This document shows, piece after piece, positions 10,338 through 21,519 of a stretch of DNA of 64,000 nucleotides. The stretch is from Bdellovibrionales bacterium (GTDB taxonomy: Bacteria; Bdellovibrionota; Bdellovibrionia; Bdellovibrionales; Bdellovibrionaceae): contig JANMPT010000077.1 of the NCBI GenBank assembly GCA_031370005.1, positions 83,246 to 147,245 of the forward strand, read 5' to 3'. The position numbers were made by a program, and so were the translations under genes. The notes under the pieces were generated by a model, which made no database searches, was not told the DNA's origin, and was given only the letters and a program-made list of their open reading frames with translations. Position 1 is the first letter of the stretch. The number at the start of each line of letters is the position of its first letter.

Positions 10338-11576
10338 ATGAAAAGTGAATTATGCGTTCTTATCGTAGAAGACTCCAGTGATGATGCTCAATTAATTATT
10401 CACGATCTTAAGCGTAAGGGTTTTACAATTACCTGGGAACGTGTCCAGTCGGCACAAGAGCTGCGAACAGCCTTGAATCACAGGACTTGGGATATTGTTC
10501 TGTCTGACTACTCAATGCCTCAATTCAATGCTATTGATGCTCTGAAAATTATCAAAGAGACTGACCCCGATCTTCCTTGTATCATTATCTCCGGGACGAT
10601 TGGTGAAGAGACCGCTGTTACCGCTATGCAAGCGGGAGCACAAGATTTTTTTGTAAAAGGGCGTTTGGCGAGACTAAGCTCCGCGATCCAGCGGCAATTA
10701 ACTGAAGCTGAAAATATCCGTAAGCGTCGGAAAGCCGAACGTGACCTTCGAGCCAGTGAGCAGCGTTTAGCTAAGGAGCGTGAAAAGGCACTCGAACAAG
10801 AAAGAGCAGCTCGTGAAAAAATTGAAAGCCTATACCTTGAAGCACAAGAGGCCAATCGACTTAAAGAAGAATTTCTAACCAACCTCTCCCATGAGCTGCG
10901 CACTCCGATGGTCGCTATTACTGGCTGGGCTGAATTGCTTGCCAAGGGCGAGTGTAGTGCTGATGATTACCCAGTCGCTTTTTCGGCCATTTACCGAAGT
11001 GCGAAAGTACAAAATAAACTAATCAATGATCTTATCGATCTATCACGAATCATCACCGGCAAATTCAACATTGAAAAGAAGCCTGTCGATATGGAGATTC
11101 TCGCACGAACTGTGTTAGAATCTTTTCGCCCTGCCGCCGAAGCCAAGAGCCTTGAATTAAAAATCCTCAGCACTGCGCCTGTTGATGGCTTTGTTGCTGG
11201 TGACCAGGAGTCTCTTCAGCGTGTCCTCAGTAACTTGCTTGAAAATGCCATCAAGTTCACACCCATTGGAGGACGCATTCTTCTCGAAATACGATACGCC
11301 GGAACCACAGTTGAGCTCAGTGTCAATGATACGGGGGAAGGCATTGCTCCGGTATTTTTACCTCATATTTTCAATCTTTTTCGCCAAGCAAATGGCAGCC
11401 TGACCCGTCCCCATGGCGGCTTGGGCCTTGGGCTTGCCATCGTTCGCTATTTGACCGAACTCCATGGTGGACAAGTCGAAGCTAAGAGCGAGGGTCTTGG
11501 CAAGGGCGCAAAATTAGTAGTGAGACTTCCTTGGATAACTAAAAGAGAGTTCGCTATTGGAGCTGCGCCTGGCTAA
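10338..11576 (+). CDS. Hybrid REC-histidine kinase
   Basis: N-terminal receiver (EDSSDD, SDYSMP), SHELRTP H-box, N and G boxes. Confidence 0.9.
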   Translation: MKSELCVLIVEDSSDDAQLIIHDLKRKGFTITWERVQSAQELRTALNHRTWDIVLSDYSMPQFNAIDALKIIKETDPDLPCIIISGTIGEETAVTAMQAGAQDFFVKGRLARLSSAIQRQLTEAENIRKRRKAERDLRASEQRLAKEREKALEQERAAREKIESLYLEAQEANRLKEEFLTNLSHELRTPMVAITGWAELLAKGECSADDYPVAFSAIYRSAKVQNKLINDLIDLSRIITGKFNIEKKPVDMEILARTVLESFRPAAEAKSLELKILSTAPVDGFVAGDQESLQRVLSNLLENAIKFTPIGGRILLEIRYAGTTVELSVNDTGEGIAPVFLPHIFNLFRQANGSLTRPHGGLGLGLAIVRYLTELHGGQVEAKSEGLGKGAKLVVRLPWITKREFAIGAAPG

Positions 11577-11580
11577 TTTT

Positions 11581-12036
11581 TTATTGTTGCAATATAGGCG
11601 GCTGATTGAGCAGCAACCAATAAAGACCCAATTGTTTTACTGCATCCATGAATTTGTCAAAATCCACGGGTTTTACAATATAACTATTCACTCCTAGTTG
11701 GTAACTTTCTACGACATCGCGCTCTTCACGAGATGATGTCATAATCACTACGGGAATTGATCTCAGGAGCATATCACCTTTGATCCGCTTGAGAACTTCA
11801 AGGCCGTCCACTTTGGGAAGCTTAAGATCAAGAAGAATCAAACGGGGTTTTTTATTTATTTTCCCAACATGAAGCCCAGTGCAAAAAAGAAAATCCAAAG
11901 CTTCCGCGCCATCTCGTGCAACGTGAATCTCGTTCTTTAAGTTGTGCTGTTTAAAGGCATGAAGTGCTAGCCTGACATCGTCAGGGTTATCTTCAATGAG
12001 AAGCACTTCAATAGGCTCATCTGTAAGTACCGTCAT
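11581..12036 (-). CDS. Single-domain response regulator (Rcp1-like)
   Basis: EDNPDD, LLDLKLP, NSYIVKP motifs. Confidence 0.9.
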   Translation of the reverse strand: MTVLTDEPIEVLLIEDNPDDVRLALHAFKQHNLKNEIHVARDGAEALDFLFCTGLHVGKINKKPRLILLDLKLPKVDGLEVLKRIKGDMLLRSIPVVIMTSSREERDVVESYQLGVNSYIVKPVDFDKFMDAVKQLGLYWLLLNQPPILQQ

Positions 12037-14822
12037 ATATTCCTCTCCTTTTGTAATGTAAAATAAAACGTGGCGCCTTGTTGAACTGCAGACTCCGCCC
12101 ATATCCGACCACCGTGACGCTCAATAATTCTTTTAACAATGGCAAGCCCCACCCCCGTACCTTCAAAATCCTCTTCCCGATGAAGGCGTTGAAAAACACC
12201 GAAGAGTTTGTCAGCATAGCGCATATCAAAACCAACGCCGTTGTCCTTTATGAAATAAGTGACCTGATCATCCTGATTAGACGAAATTTCTCCAATTTCG
12301 AGGATTGCAACCTCTTTCTGCCGACTATACTTAAGCGCATTGGATAAAAGGTTGAGCCAAACTTGTTTAAGTAAAGTTGGATCACCATAGCAAGGAGGCA
12401 ATGGCACTTGATGAATCTCAATCTGACGATTTTTAATTTCATCTTGTAACTCATCCAGCGTTTGTTCGACCATGGCTGCGGTGTCCACGCGCTGCTTAAC
12501 CATGGCATGACGACCCAAGCGTGAGAAAGCCAGAAGATCATCAATCAGGCGCCCCATTTTTTGCGTATTGTACCGGATCCTCTCTAGAAAATCCCGGGCC
12601 GAATCCGTCATCGCCTTAGCATCTTCTTCCATGAGGATTTTTGAAAAGCCGTCGATGACCCGCAAAGGAGCCCGTAAATCGTGGGAAACTGAATAACTAA
12701 AGGCCTCAAGCTCCGCATTGGCATGCTCTGCGGCTTCTTTTCCTCGGCGCAATGCTTCTGCTTCTGATGCCTGCTTACGTTCTGTTATATCGCGAATATA
12801 GCTTGTGAAGAGTGGACTGCCTTCGGCGCGAATACGTATTATGGCAATCTCCGCCGGAAATTCAGTGCCGTTTTTTCTAAGAGCAGGCAATTCAACTCTT
12901 CTGCCGATAACATGCTCTTCCCCCGTAGCTAAATAACGTTCGAGACCATTTTTATGCTGCAGTCTCAATCGCTGTGGCACAATCACCTCAGCAAGAAGCT
13001 GACCTATCACCTCTTTTCTGGAATAGCCAAAAGTCTTCTCAGCCGCAGTGTTAAAATCAACAATTTTTCCTTCGCAGTCCATGATCACGATTGCATCCAT
13101 TGCAGCTTCCATGACCGCTGCTTTACGGGCTTCGCTCGCTCTTAAACTTTGCTCCGCTTTTAATGCCTCTGTTTGATCACGAAAAACCAGAACGACTCCG
13201 CACATCTTTCCTTCACCATCACGAATCGGTGCGCCGCTATCTGCTATGGGGCGCTTGTTGCCATCTCGGGAAATCAAAATCGTGTGATTGGCTAGGCCGA
13301 CCACAGCACCCTTCTCCAGAACATGATCCACAGGGCTTACCACTGGCCGGAGATTTTCTTCGTTGATAATGTGAAAGACTTCCTCAAGTCGATGGGATTG
13401 AGCTTGCTCAAAAGTCCAACCGGTGAGCTGTTCAGCCTGCGGATTCATGCGCACAACCCTGCCCTCAATATCCGTTGCGATCACACCGTCGCCGATGCTA
13501 TTCAGTGTGATAGCTAAATTCTGCTCGCTTTCACGCAAGGCATCAGTTGCATGGAGCAACTCCGCTGTGCGTTCTTGAACTCTCATCTCGAGGGTGTCGC
13601 GAGCTTCTTGCAATGCCTGAGATTGTGTCTCGATCCGCTCGGCCATGGAATTGAAACTCTCTCCCAAGATACCTATTTCATCTTTGTATTTTACAGCCAC
13701 GCGTGCCCTGAGATCACCTTTTCCGAGTCGATCCGTCGCAACAGAAAGTACACGAATTGGCTTTGATAAGACGGAAGAAAACAAGCTTCCGCCAAGAAAT
13801 GCCATCAGTATAATAAGTCCAGCATAGATCGTTTTTTTCTCGGTCATAATATCAATCGGTATTTGAAGTGAGCTTTGTGGTATCATGTAAAAGATAGTCC
13901 ATGGAACCGTCTTGAACTGACGTCCTACACCATAGTACCAAGCCTGGTTCATGGGAGCAAAGCCATGGAAGAAGGATTCATCTGGCAACTTCTGCCGAGC
14001 TCGAGCAAATTGCTCAGGAAAACTCTTCACCTCAGTGAGCAATTTTCGTGTTTCATCACCATAGCGACTTTCTGCAATAAGCGAATCTAAAACTGCTGGT
14101 TCCAGAGGTCCTGCTGGATGAAAAATACTATCTGAGTTATAAGTGTGTGCAATTCTAATGCCTAGCTTATTAAATATAACAGCATAGCTCCCAAGACCTG
14201 CCAGATCATTTGACGCTTTAGCAATATCCCAGAGAGATTTTGCTCTCACCCATATAACAAAAAGACCGACTTTCTTTTTATCAGATCCAAATATGCTAGC
14301 AGCGTACGCAATCGTTGGTAAGGATCCCACCTCAGGTTCCGCAACATAGATATCTGAAGTAACTAGATCATCCTTTAGAGCCTCTTGGATATATGTCTGA
14401 CTTGAAAGGTCATGGCCAATAAGTTGATTTTCTGTTGCAATTTTCACTACGCCTTTCAGACTAAGAATCGCGGCGCCACGCACATTCGGATCAATTGCAG
14501 GTTGGATTTCCAAAATGACCAGAGCATTGGCATCCAGTTCATGACGGTGGCGAGGGTCTCTACGTAGAAAATCAATCACGCCCGGCAAGCGTGAATACTT
14601 TCGCACAGATCTCTGATATCCACGATGGAAATTATCCAACTCATCAACCAAATGGTCAGAGCGGGCCATTAGAAGGGCCGTCGTGTTCTTTATCTGCTTA
14701 CTTTGCATATCACGAATCTCAAAGAAGGCAGCCAATACAAGAGGAAGAACCGAGACTATAATAAGCAGCAGCACTACTTTAATGCGTAAGGGCCAATTCA
14801 TGATATAAAATAGCAATTTCAT
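12033..14822 (-). CDS. Membrane sensor histidine kinase (Cache-HAMP-2xPAS-HisKA-HATPase)
   Basis: Two TM segments, HAMP, two PAS domains, SHDLRAP H-box, GTGVGLA. Confidence 0.9.
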   Translation of the reverse strand: MKLLFYIMNWPLRIKVVLLLIIVSVLPLVLAAFFEIRDMQSKQIKNTTALLMARSDHLVDELDNFHRGYQRSVRKYSRLPGVIDFLRRDPRHRHELDANALVILEIQPAIDPNVRGAAILSLKGVVKIATENQLIGHDLSSQTYIQEALKDDLVTSDIYVAEPEVGSLPTIAYAASIFGSDKKKVGLFVIWVRAKSLWDIAKASNDLAGLGSYAVIFNKLGIRIAHTYNSDSIFHPAGPLEPAVLDSLIAESRYGDETRKLLTEVKSFPEQFARARQKLPDESFFHGFAPMNQAWYYGVGRQFKTVPWTIFYMIPQSSLQIPIDIMTEKKTIYAGLIILMAFLGGSLFSSVLSKPIRVLSVATDRLGKGDLRARVAVKYKDEIGILGESFNSMAERIETQSQALQEARDTLEMRVQERTAELLHATDALRESEQNLAITLNSIGDGVIATDIEGRVVRMNPQAEQLTGWTFEQAQSHRLEEVFHIINEENLRPVVSPVDHVLEKGAVVGLANHTILISRDGNKRPIADSGAPIRDGEGKMCGVVLVFRDQTEALKAEQSLRASEARKAAVMEAAMDAIVIMDCEGKIVDFNTAAEKTFGYSRKEVIGQLLAEVIVPQRLRLQHKNGLERYLATGEEHVIGRRVELPALRKNGTEFPAEIAIIRIRAEGSPLFTSYIRDITERKQASEAEALRRGKEAAEHANAELEAFSYSVSHDLRAPLRVIDGFSKILMEEDAKAMTDSARDFLERIRYNTQKMGRLIDDLLAFSRLGRHAMVKQRVDTAAMVEQTLDELQDEIKNRQIEIHQVPLPPCYGDPTLLKQVWLNLLSNALKYSRQKEVAILEIGEISSNQDDQVTYFIKDNGVGFDMRYADKLFGVFQRLHREEDFEGTGVGLAIVKRIIERHGGRIWAESAVQQGATFYFTLQKERNI

Positions 14823-14833
14823 ATTCCGCACCC

Positions 14834-15262
14834 TCACAGCGCGCAAAGAATCTGAAATAACGAATTGCGATTAAGAGGCTTCCCAAGATGATCATCAAAG
14901 CCATTGGCAAGACACTGCAAGCGATCCTCTTTTAAAGTAAATGCGGTCAATGCGACGATAGTTTTTTTATAGCCATTCGCTCTCAGCCTTGCGGTGGCTT
15001 CATACCCGTCCATTTCAGGCATCTGTATGTCCATGAGAATTAGATCAAAATCTTCTTTGAGGGCCATATCAACGCCAGCCCTACCGTTGTTTGCGGACTC
15101 TACTTGAATCCCCCACCTTCGTAACAGATGGCCTATGAGAATTTGATTTTCGGGCGAATCATCTATTTGCAGAACCTTTAATTTGGAAAATTTATTCTGC
15201 CAGTCTGCAAGCTTATCAGAGCTAAACGTTTCCTCCTTCATATCTAACATTACACCCTCCAC
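14834..15262 (-). CDS. Single-domain response regulator
   Basis: IDDSPEN, LMDIQMP and KP motifs; exact start uncertain. Confidence 0.85.
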   Translation of the reverse strand: MEGVMLDMKEETFSSDKLADWQNKFSKLKVLQIDDSPENQILIGHLLRRWGIQVESANNGRAGVDMALKEDFDLILMDIQMPEMDGYEATARLRANGYKKTIVALTAFTLKEDRLQCLANGFDDHLGKPLNRNSLFQILCAL

Positions 15263-15462
15263 TAGTAATCTCTCGAAGCTATGCTAGCGGTTAATTCCGT
15301 CTTCATACTAAACAAATGAAATTTGTTACAAAATAGACCGATAAACTATTATTTTGAAGACAGCACTGTATCAATTGTCAAAATACAATTGAAGACTCTA
15401 AAAGAAGCATTATTCGAAATATTGTCTCGGGATCACTAAATATCCCTCCAGAAATTGCAGCT

Positions 15463-16920
15463 CTATTTCTCGCGAGGGCTCAAATCGCCCACGTATTGTG
15501 GTTTCTGTAAGATCGACTGATAGACTTTATAATTGCGCTTTACTAAACGCACATACTCGCGAGTTTCAGTATAAGGAATCATCTCAACGAACAAATCTAT
15601 ATTGTTGGTCGGATAACGTTTTTGCCAATCGCGAACGATGCCTGGGCCTGCGTTGTAAGCTGCGAGTGCTAATTCAATGGAGCCAAACTGATTGATCAAT
15701 TGCCCTAGGAACTCAGAGCCTGCACGAATATTCGCTTCTGGACTTAGGAGCTGCTTTGGCTTTGTAATTCCAAAATATTTCGCCGTGGGATAAATCAACT
15801 GCATAAGGCCTGCAGCCTTCGCTCGACTTCGAGCCGCCGGGTTAAATGCACTCTCCTGGCGAATCAGTGCTTTAACTAGTACTGGGCTGGCACTCTTGCT
15901 ATTCTCCACAATCTCTTTCCAGTAGCGAACCGGAAACAAAAGACCTGCAATGGATGGAGAAAGCATTTCAGGGTGTTCTGAAAGATAACGATGCAGGGTT
16001 TGGAATACCGAGAGATCTGCGCTACTAAAGCTCATCATCACTAACATCGAAGTTTGAAATGGCAGTGGCAAGTTTCGAAATTTTTCATAATTCAATTTAC
16101 TAGCAATATATTGTATTGTGGCGCTTTTGCCATTTTCATTGAGTTGAATAAAAGATACCAGCAGGCGATCCCAATCTTCAGAACCACTTGAAGTTGTTAA
16201 AATCCATTTTGGTTTTTGGGAGCCTGACATGTCTAGCTTTTTCGCATCAGCGAGCAGACTGCCATAACCACCCCAAGGGTTTCTATCACTCGTTACTGGT
16301 GTTGCTGAGCAAAGACTGCGCAAAAAAGCAAGCCGATCACTTACTCCACGCTCTGGAGTCATCGGAAACATATTTAGATACTCCATGGCTCTTGGGCACT
16401 CGCCGCCTTGAATCGAGAAAACGGCCAAACGAAAAAGACTTTCTTGTCTTGGAAAGGCTGTGCAGACCAGTATTTGCTCATGCAATGCGCGAGATACTGT
16501 ACTTGCTTCGATCTCAGGAAAATCTAACTCTAGGGAAAATCCGAGAGCCTGGCTTTCTACGGCTTTTCCGCAGTCAAATTTAGCCACTAGCTCGTGGCCC
16601 TTTTTTGTTTTTTTCGCTAGACTCCAGGTACGAAATTTTCGCAGGTATGCTTGCAATAAGCTTTTCTCTTTTGTTGCTTGCGAGAGTTTTTCCGCTTTTA
16701 TTGATTTAGGAATATTGATTGCCGGATCTCGGGAGTTTAATCCAGTGAAACTTTTCAGCGAAGTTTGCGCCTTCAAATAAGCAAGGGTCGGACCTTCCCC
16801 TTGCTGAAGAGCCTGCTCTAATTCCAAGGTCGCCAAAGCACTACCCATTGCATTTGGCTGACGAGGTTTCGAAACACAACCAAAAACAAACAATAATATA
16901 AAAACAAGCATATAGCGCAT
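15463..16920 (-). CDS. Lytic transglycosylase (SLT domain), probable lipoprotein
   Basis: IRQESAF, GLMQL, AAYNAG, ETREYV; lipobox-like VFGC. Confidence 0.9.
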   Translation of the reverse strand: MRYMLVFILLFVFGCVSKPRQPNAMGSALATLELEQALQQGEGPTLAYLKAQTSLKSFTGLNSRDPAINIPKSIKAEKLSQATKEKSLLQAYLRKFRTWSLAKKTKKGHELVAKFDCGKAVESQALGFSLELDFPEIEASTVSRALHEQILVCTAFPRQESLFRLAVFSIQGGECPRAMEYLNMFPMTPERGVSDRLAFLRSLCSATPVTSDRNPWGGYGSLLADAKKLDMSGSQKPKWILTTSSGSEDWDRLLVSFIQLNENGKSATIQYIASKLNYEKFRNLPLPFQTSMLVMMSFSSADLSVFQTLHRYLSEHPEMLSPSIAGLLFPVRYWKEIVENSKSASPVLVKALIRQESAFNPAARSRAKAAGLMQLIYPTAKYFGITKPKQLLSPEANIRAGSEFLGQLINQFGSIELALAAYNAGPGIVRDWQKRYPTNNIDLFVEMIPYTETREYVRLVKRNYKVYQSILQKPQYVGDLSPREK

Positions 16921-17078
16921 AAATACCTATCGGAATTTTTCAAAAATCTACGCACACATTTTACATGAAATAGACCAAGGTACGGCCTTCTTTTTAGTAT
17001 CGCAACGCATCCGAAAAAGGTAGGGCGTACCTAAAGATGTTTGCGTTTGTGCCGAAAGAATATGAGGGGGTATAGAGT

Positions 17079-17357
17079 ATGAATTTGCAATTGAAAATGT
17101 TGTCAGCATTCCTCTTGTCAATAACGCTTATTTTTTTAACTGATTCATCTTTTGCTCAAGTAAAAAAAAGAAGCAAACCTGAAATTGCACTGACTCTTAA
17201 AAGCATTAAAAGACAGAGTAAAAAACCAACGGGTTATACAAAAGCATCCACATATATGATGAAAAGAAAAGTTGCGAGTGTCAAAAAGCGCAGTAAAAAA
17301 GTGAAGACCAGCCATACAAAAGCAAAAAGAAAAAAGGAAAAAATACATAGGCCCTGA
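17079..17357 (+). CDS. Small Lys-rich secreted protein
   Basis: GAGGGG RBS, signal peptide ending SFA, highly basic mature part. Confidence 0.55.
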   Translation: MNLQLKMLSAFLLSITLIFLTDSSFAQVKKRSKPEIALTLKSIKRQSKKPTGYTKASTYMMKRKVASVKKRSKKVKTSHTKAKRKKEKIHRP

Positions 17358-17438
17358 TTTCGTGAAAACATCCAACCACCAGGGCGCCTGTGGACACGAT
17401 CTCTTGTTATACTTGCAAGCATTAACAAGGAGGATTTT

Positions 17439-17852
17439 ATGTTGGTCAAAGAAGTCATGAAAGATAAAGCACAAGTTATCCATTTTGATCACTCCGTAGA
17501 AGAGGCTGCGATGCAAATGGAGAAGGGCAACTTTGGTTGTCTGCCTATTGAGAAAAGCGAGAAGATGATTGGCATGATCACCGACCGAGACATCGTCATT
17601 CGTCTTGTCTCTAAGGGCAAAGATCCTAAAAAAACAAATGTTATCGATTGTATGTCAGAAGGAATCAGCTATTGCTATCAAGACGAGGACATAGAGTCCG
17701 TCGCACACAAAATGGCTTCAGTCCAGGTGCGCCGACTCCCTGTTATCGATCGAAATAAAAAACTAGTTGGTATGGTGAGCCTTTCTGATATCGCGCGGAA
17801 GGCAAAAAATGAGAAATTAACTCATGAAATTGTCAGCCAAATGTCCCACTAG
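17439..17852 (+). CDS. CBS domain pair protein
   Basis: GMITDRDIVIR and VRRLPV motifs, AGGAGG RBS. Confidence 0.9.
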   Translation: MLVKEVMKDKAQVIHFDHSVEEAAMQMEKGNFGCLPIEKSEKMIGMITDRDIVIRLVSKGKDPKKTNVIDCMSEGISYCYQDEDIESVAHKMASVQVRRLPVIDRNKKLVGMVSLSDIARKAKNEKLTHEIVSQMSH

Positions 17853-17947
17853 AAGGTACCAGTTGCACTCCCTCCAGCCGCACTCCCTCTCTCGTCTCGT
17901 TGACAACGATGCGTGTCACGTTTTAAGTTGCGGAGGAGGGGGCTTTG

Positions 17948-18436
17948 ATGACGGCACAGGACCATTTTGACTCTACACTTAAACTTCGCAATGCTTTATT
18001 CAATTTACAAAAAGAGCTTCTTGGCCACCTTAAGGAAACCTTCGAGAAAGAATGCGGTCGGCAAGTTGGCCCTGGGGAATGGCTACAAGTGATTATGGTG
18101 GCACAACGCTACGCCTGGCTTCGAGAACTAACTTCATTAATGGCTGACATTGATATTCTAACGGAACTCCATGTGTTTTCTCCAGAGCAAGCAAGCCTTG
18201 TTCGATCCGAAGTCGAAAGACTTTTTTTTGCCGCAAACTCCTCCTCTGATTTTAACAAAAACTACCAAAAACTTATGTTATCTGGCGCTCCCTTTATATT
18301 GAGTCACGGTCTCTTACGTGACACAACCAGTAAGCTTCCTCAGCCAAGCAAACACATTGCCCGTGAGGAGGCGCACGAAGCAAGAAAAGGCTGGCATAAA
18401 GAACACCACGAACAATCTCGCAAACGCAGATCTTAA
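17948..18436 (+). CDS. Hypothetical protein
   Basis: Strong GGAGGAGG RBS, helical ORF with AWLRELTSLMADID. Confidence 0.7.
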   Translation: MTAQDHFDSTLKLRNALFNLQKELLGHLKETFEKECGRQVGPGEWLQVIMVAQRYAWLRELTSLMADIDILTELHVFSPEQASLVRSEVERLFFAANSSSDFNKNYQKLMLSGAPFILSHGLLRDTTSKLPQPSKHIAREEAHEARKGWHKEHHEQSRKRRS

Positions 18437-18525
18437 CATGCTTATCTTATGTCAACAGTCCATCACAGAAGATTCACTTGTCTGTGTCCTAAGCTGTTTA
18501 TTACAATGCTCCGAGAGGTGCTGAA

Positions 18526-19995
18526 ATGAACGATGTCAGCTATGCTCTGTCGGCTTGGGTTCTCTCAAGGGGCATTGCATTTTGTTTTATAATAGCCTTT
18601 CTTTCATTACTACCACAGGTCATGGGCCTCTATGGAAAAGATGGGATCCTTTCCATTCGTCAATTCATGTTTGTCCTTAAGCAACAATCGGGTCCGCAAA
18701 GATATTACGAACTTCCAACACTATTTTGGATTAATTCGTCAGACTTCTTCCTTAACACGGTAGCAATTATAGGCTTGGCAACTTCGATTTTCGCATTACT
18801 GGGGTTCTGCCCTCCACTGATGATACTTGCGGCCTGGGTCTGCTACTTATCATTTATAAATTCAGGCCAAGACTTCTTAGGCTTCCAGTGGGACTCCTTG
18901 CTTTTGGAAGTGGGTCTGCTTTCTTTTTTTCTAAGTCCCTGGAGTCTCATGTGGAATCCTTGGATAGCCTTCGAACCCAGTCCTTTTGTGCGTTGGCTCT
19001 TTTGGCTCTTGCTGTTCAAACTTGTATTTCTTTCCGGCACTGTGAAGATCCTTAGTAAAGATTCCTCATGGCGCGACTACTCTGCTCTTAAATATCATTA
19101 CTGGACACAACCCCTTCCAAATCCACTGGCCTATTTCATGAGTAAACTGCCGGAATGGTTTCAGAGACTCAGCTGCCGATTTATGTTTGCCATCGAGCTG
19201 GGAGTCCCATTTTTGATTTTTCTACCGGGGAAAATGCGTTGGCTATGTGCTGGAATTTTTATTTTTCTTCAAATCATGATACTTATCACGGGCAACTATG
19301 CTTTCTTTAATATAATAACAATCACTCTCTGCTTGTTCCTGTTTGATGATTCTTTTTGGAGTCTCTTTTTAAACAAAATCTTCCCCTCCCTAAGCCCAAG
19401 CCACGAGACTTCTTTATTGTATCAATCCTTGGGACTCATCATCGCCGCAATTCTGTTGCCACTGAATATCTTTTGGTTTGCCCTCGCCTTCCGCGAGAAT
19501 TCAGGTTTTGTAAATCCACTGATCCCCATTATTCGTTCTATCTATAACTATCGCTTCAACTCAAGCTATGGCTTGTTTGCTGTGATGACCAAGGACCGTC
19601 CAGAGCTTGTATTGCAGGGAAGTAACGATACTGAGATTTGGGTCGAGTATGAGTTTAAATATAAGCCGAGTTCGGTGACAAAAATGCCGCCAATTGTAGC
19701 TCCTTACCAACCCAGACTTGATTGGCAAATGTGGTTTGCGGCCCTTGGCACTTTTAATCAAAATTTATGGCTGCAAAATTTGATGGCGCGGATTTTTTTA
19801 AATTCAGAGGATGTTTTAAAACTACTTAAAAACAATCCCTTCCCCCACGTGCCTAATTACCTACGGCTAGTGAAATATAAATACAGATTTTCAGATACAC
19901 AGAATCTATTTAAAAAGGGAGAATGGTGGCAGCGAGAATATGTGGGCCTATACTCGCCGGTCTTTGAAAAAACAGACTTTGTTCCAACAAAATAG
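18526..19995 (+). CDS. Lipase maturation factor (LMF1) family membrane protein
   Basis: FQWDSLLLE, HYWTQPLP, PYQPRLDWQMWF motifs. Confidence 0.9.
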   Translation: MNDVSYALSAWVLSRGIAFCFIIAFLSLLPQVMGLYGKDGILSIRQFMFVLKQQSGPQRYYELPTLFWINSSDFFLNTVAIIGLATSIFALLGFCPPLMILAAWVCYLSFINSGQDFLGFQWDSLLLEVGLLSFFLSPWSLMWNPWIAFEPSPFVRWLFWLLLFKLVFLSGTVKILSKDSSWRDYSALKYHYWTQPLPNPLAYFMSKLPEWFQRLSCRFMFAIELGVPFLIFLPGKMRWLCAGIFIFLQIMILITGNYAFFNIITITLCLFLFDDSFWSLFLNKIFPSLSPSHETSLLYQSLGLIIAAILLPLNIFWFALAFRENSGFVNPLIPIIRSIYNYRFNSSYGLFAVMTKDRPELVLQGSNDTEIWVEYEFKYKPSSVTKMPPIVAPYQPRLDWQMWFAALGTFNQNLWLQNLMARIFLNSEDVLKLLKNNPFPHVPNYLRLVKYKYRFSDTQNLFKKGEWWQREYVGLYSPVFEKTDFVPTK

Positions 19996-20135
19996 ACAAT
20001 TGACACTCACTGAGGCCATGACGCATCACGCTAACCGAGTGCCAAGGCAAAACTCTAAATTCCCATTGTCGGCAAGGAATGAACTCGATAAAATCCACTC
20101 TATTCACGGATGAATACAGTGCAAAGGATTTTTTT

Positions 20136-21472
20136 ATGGAAACTAAGCCAATACAAAATATAACAGAAAAAGAAACCCCTCCTCCTATGCTCACAACTGA
20201 AAAGCCAACCCCGTCAGACCGCCCTTCGAACCGTCGCCGCAACCGCCGCCGTCTTCCCGCTTGGTAAAAAAAGCTTTCGTCATAGGCATTTTTTCTGTTC
20301 TTTGTTTTGCCAGCTCTAGTGGCAAGACCGAGGCTAATACGGAAAAGCTTTCGATTTATTTCAAAGACAGCTACGAAAGCTTTCGCGCACTTTTTCTTGC
20401 AAACATTCAGGTGTTACAAAAAAACAATCCAGAACTTGAGCATCAAGCCATAAAAATCCCAACAAAAACAAAAGAAGATTTGGTGATGGACACCCTCTAT
20501 CTTCCGCCAAAGTCAGGCAAAAAAGAACGCCTATTAATTTTAACATCAGGTCTTCATGGTATTGAAGGTTTTGTGGGCAGTGCTCTTCAAAATATGTTTC
20601 TAATGGAAAATTTTTGGCAAATGCGAGACGAGAACCTTGGTATTCTGATTATTCACTCTATAAATCCCTATGGCTTCAAGTTTGCCAGACGAGTCTCTGA
20701 AAACAATGTTGATCTCAATCGGAATTTTGACACCAGCACTGAGCTTTTTAAAATTAAAAACGATGCCTATCTTCAAATCAGTCCCTTATTAAACCCCACC
20801 ACTGCCGCCAAGAGCGGTTTTCTAGATCAAACGAAATTTTATTTTCAATGTGCAAGGGTGATCTTACATTACTCAATGGACAAACTTCGCCGCGCGGTTC
20901 TCAAGGGACAATACGAAGAGCCTCAGGGAATCTTTTTCGGTGGAACCCATTTTGAGCCTCAAAAAAACTTACTTGAAAAGGAACTCCTCGCTAAGGCAAA
21001 GGGCTATGGACAAATTCTTCTTGTAGATCTACACACAGGCTATGGTGAACGAGGTCACCTTCACCTCTTTGCTAGCCGCGCCCCCGCCCTGGACATCGAA
21101 TATCAGAAAAAAATTTTTGCAGGCCGAGATTTAGATTTTGGTCAAAAACAAAACTTTTATGAAGCAACAGGCGGACTTGTTGTCTATGCGGCAAATCTTT
21201 TTAAAAACAAATCACGTTATGCCGGCATTACCTTTGAGTTCGGTACATTGAATAGTCAAAAAACTCTCGGATCTTTGGATTCACTTTATCGCATGGTCCG
21301 TGAAAATCAGGGTTTTCATTACGGAGCACGATCCAGCGGCGATGCTGAAGAAATTAATCATCTGTTTCGTGAGATGTTCTACCCGAGCGATCCAGAATTC
21401 CGTGAAGCCATTGTCACACAATTCCACGACACCCTCACACTCGCGTTGAAAAATCAAAAAGCATTGAATTAG
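20136..21472 (+). CDS. DUF2817 / M14-like metallopeptidase, apparently frameshifted near 20262-20265 (alternatively starts at TTG 20261)
   Basis: SGLHGIEG, NPYG, RVSENNVDLNRNF, DLHTGYG, TFEFGT motifs; an N-terminal extension with an RBS lies in another frame. Confidence 0.75.
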
Positions 21473-21519
21473 GTACTTAGTAATGCTACCCCCGTATTAA
21501 CACCAGTGAGAGGGATCCC

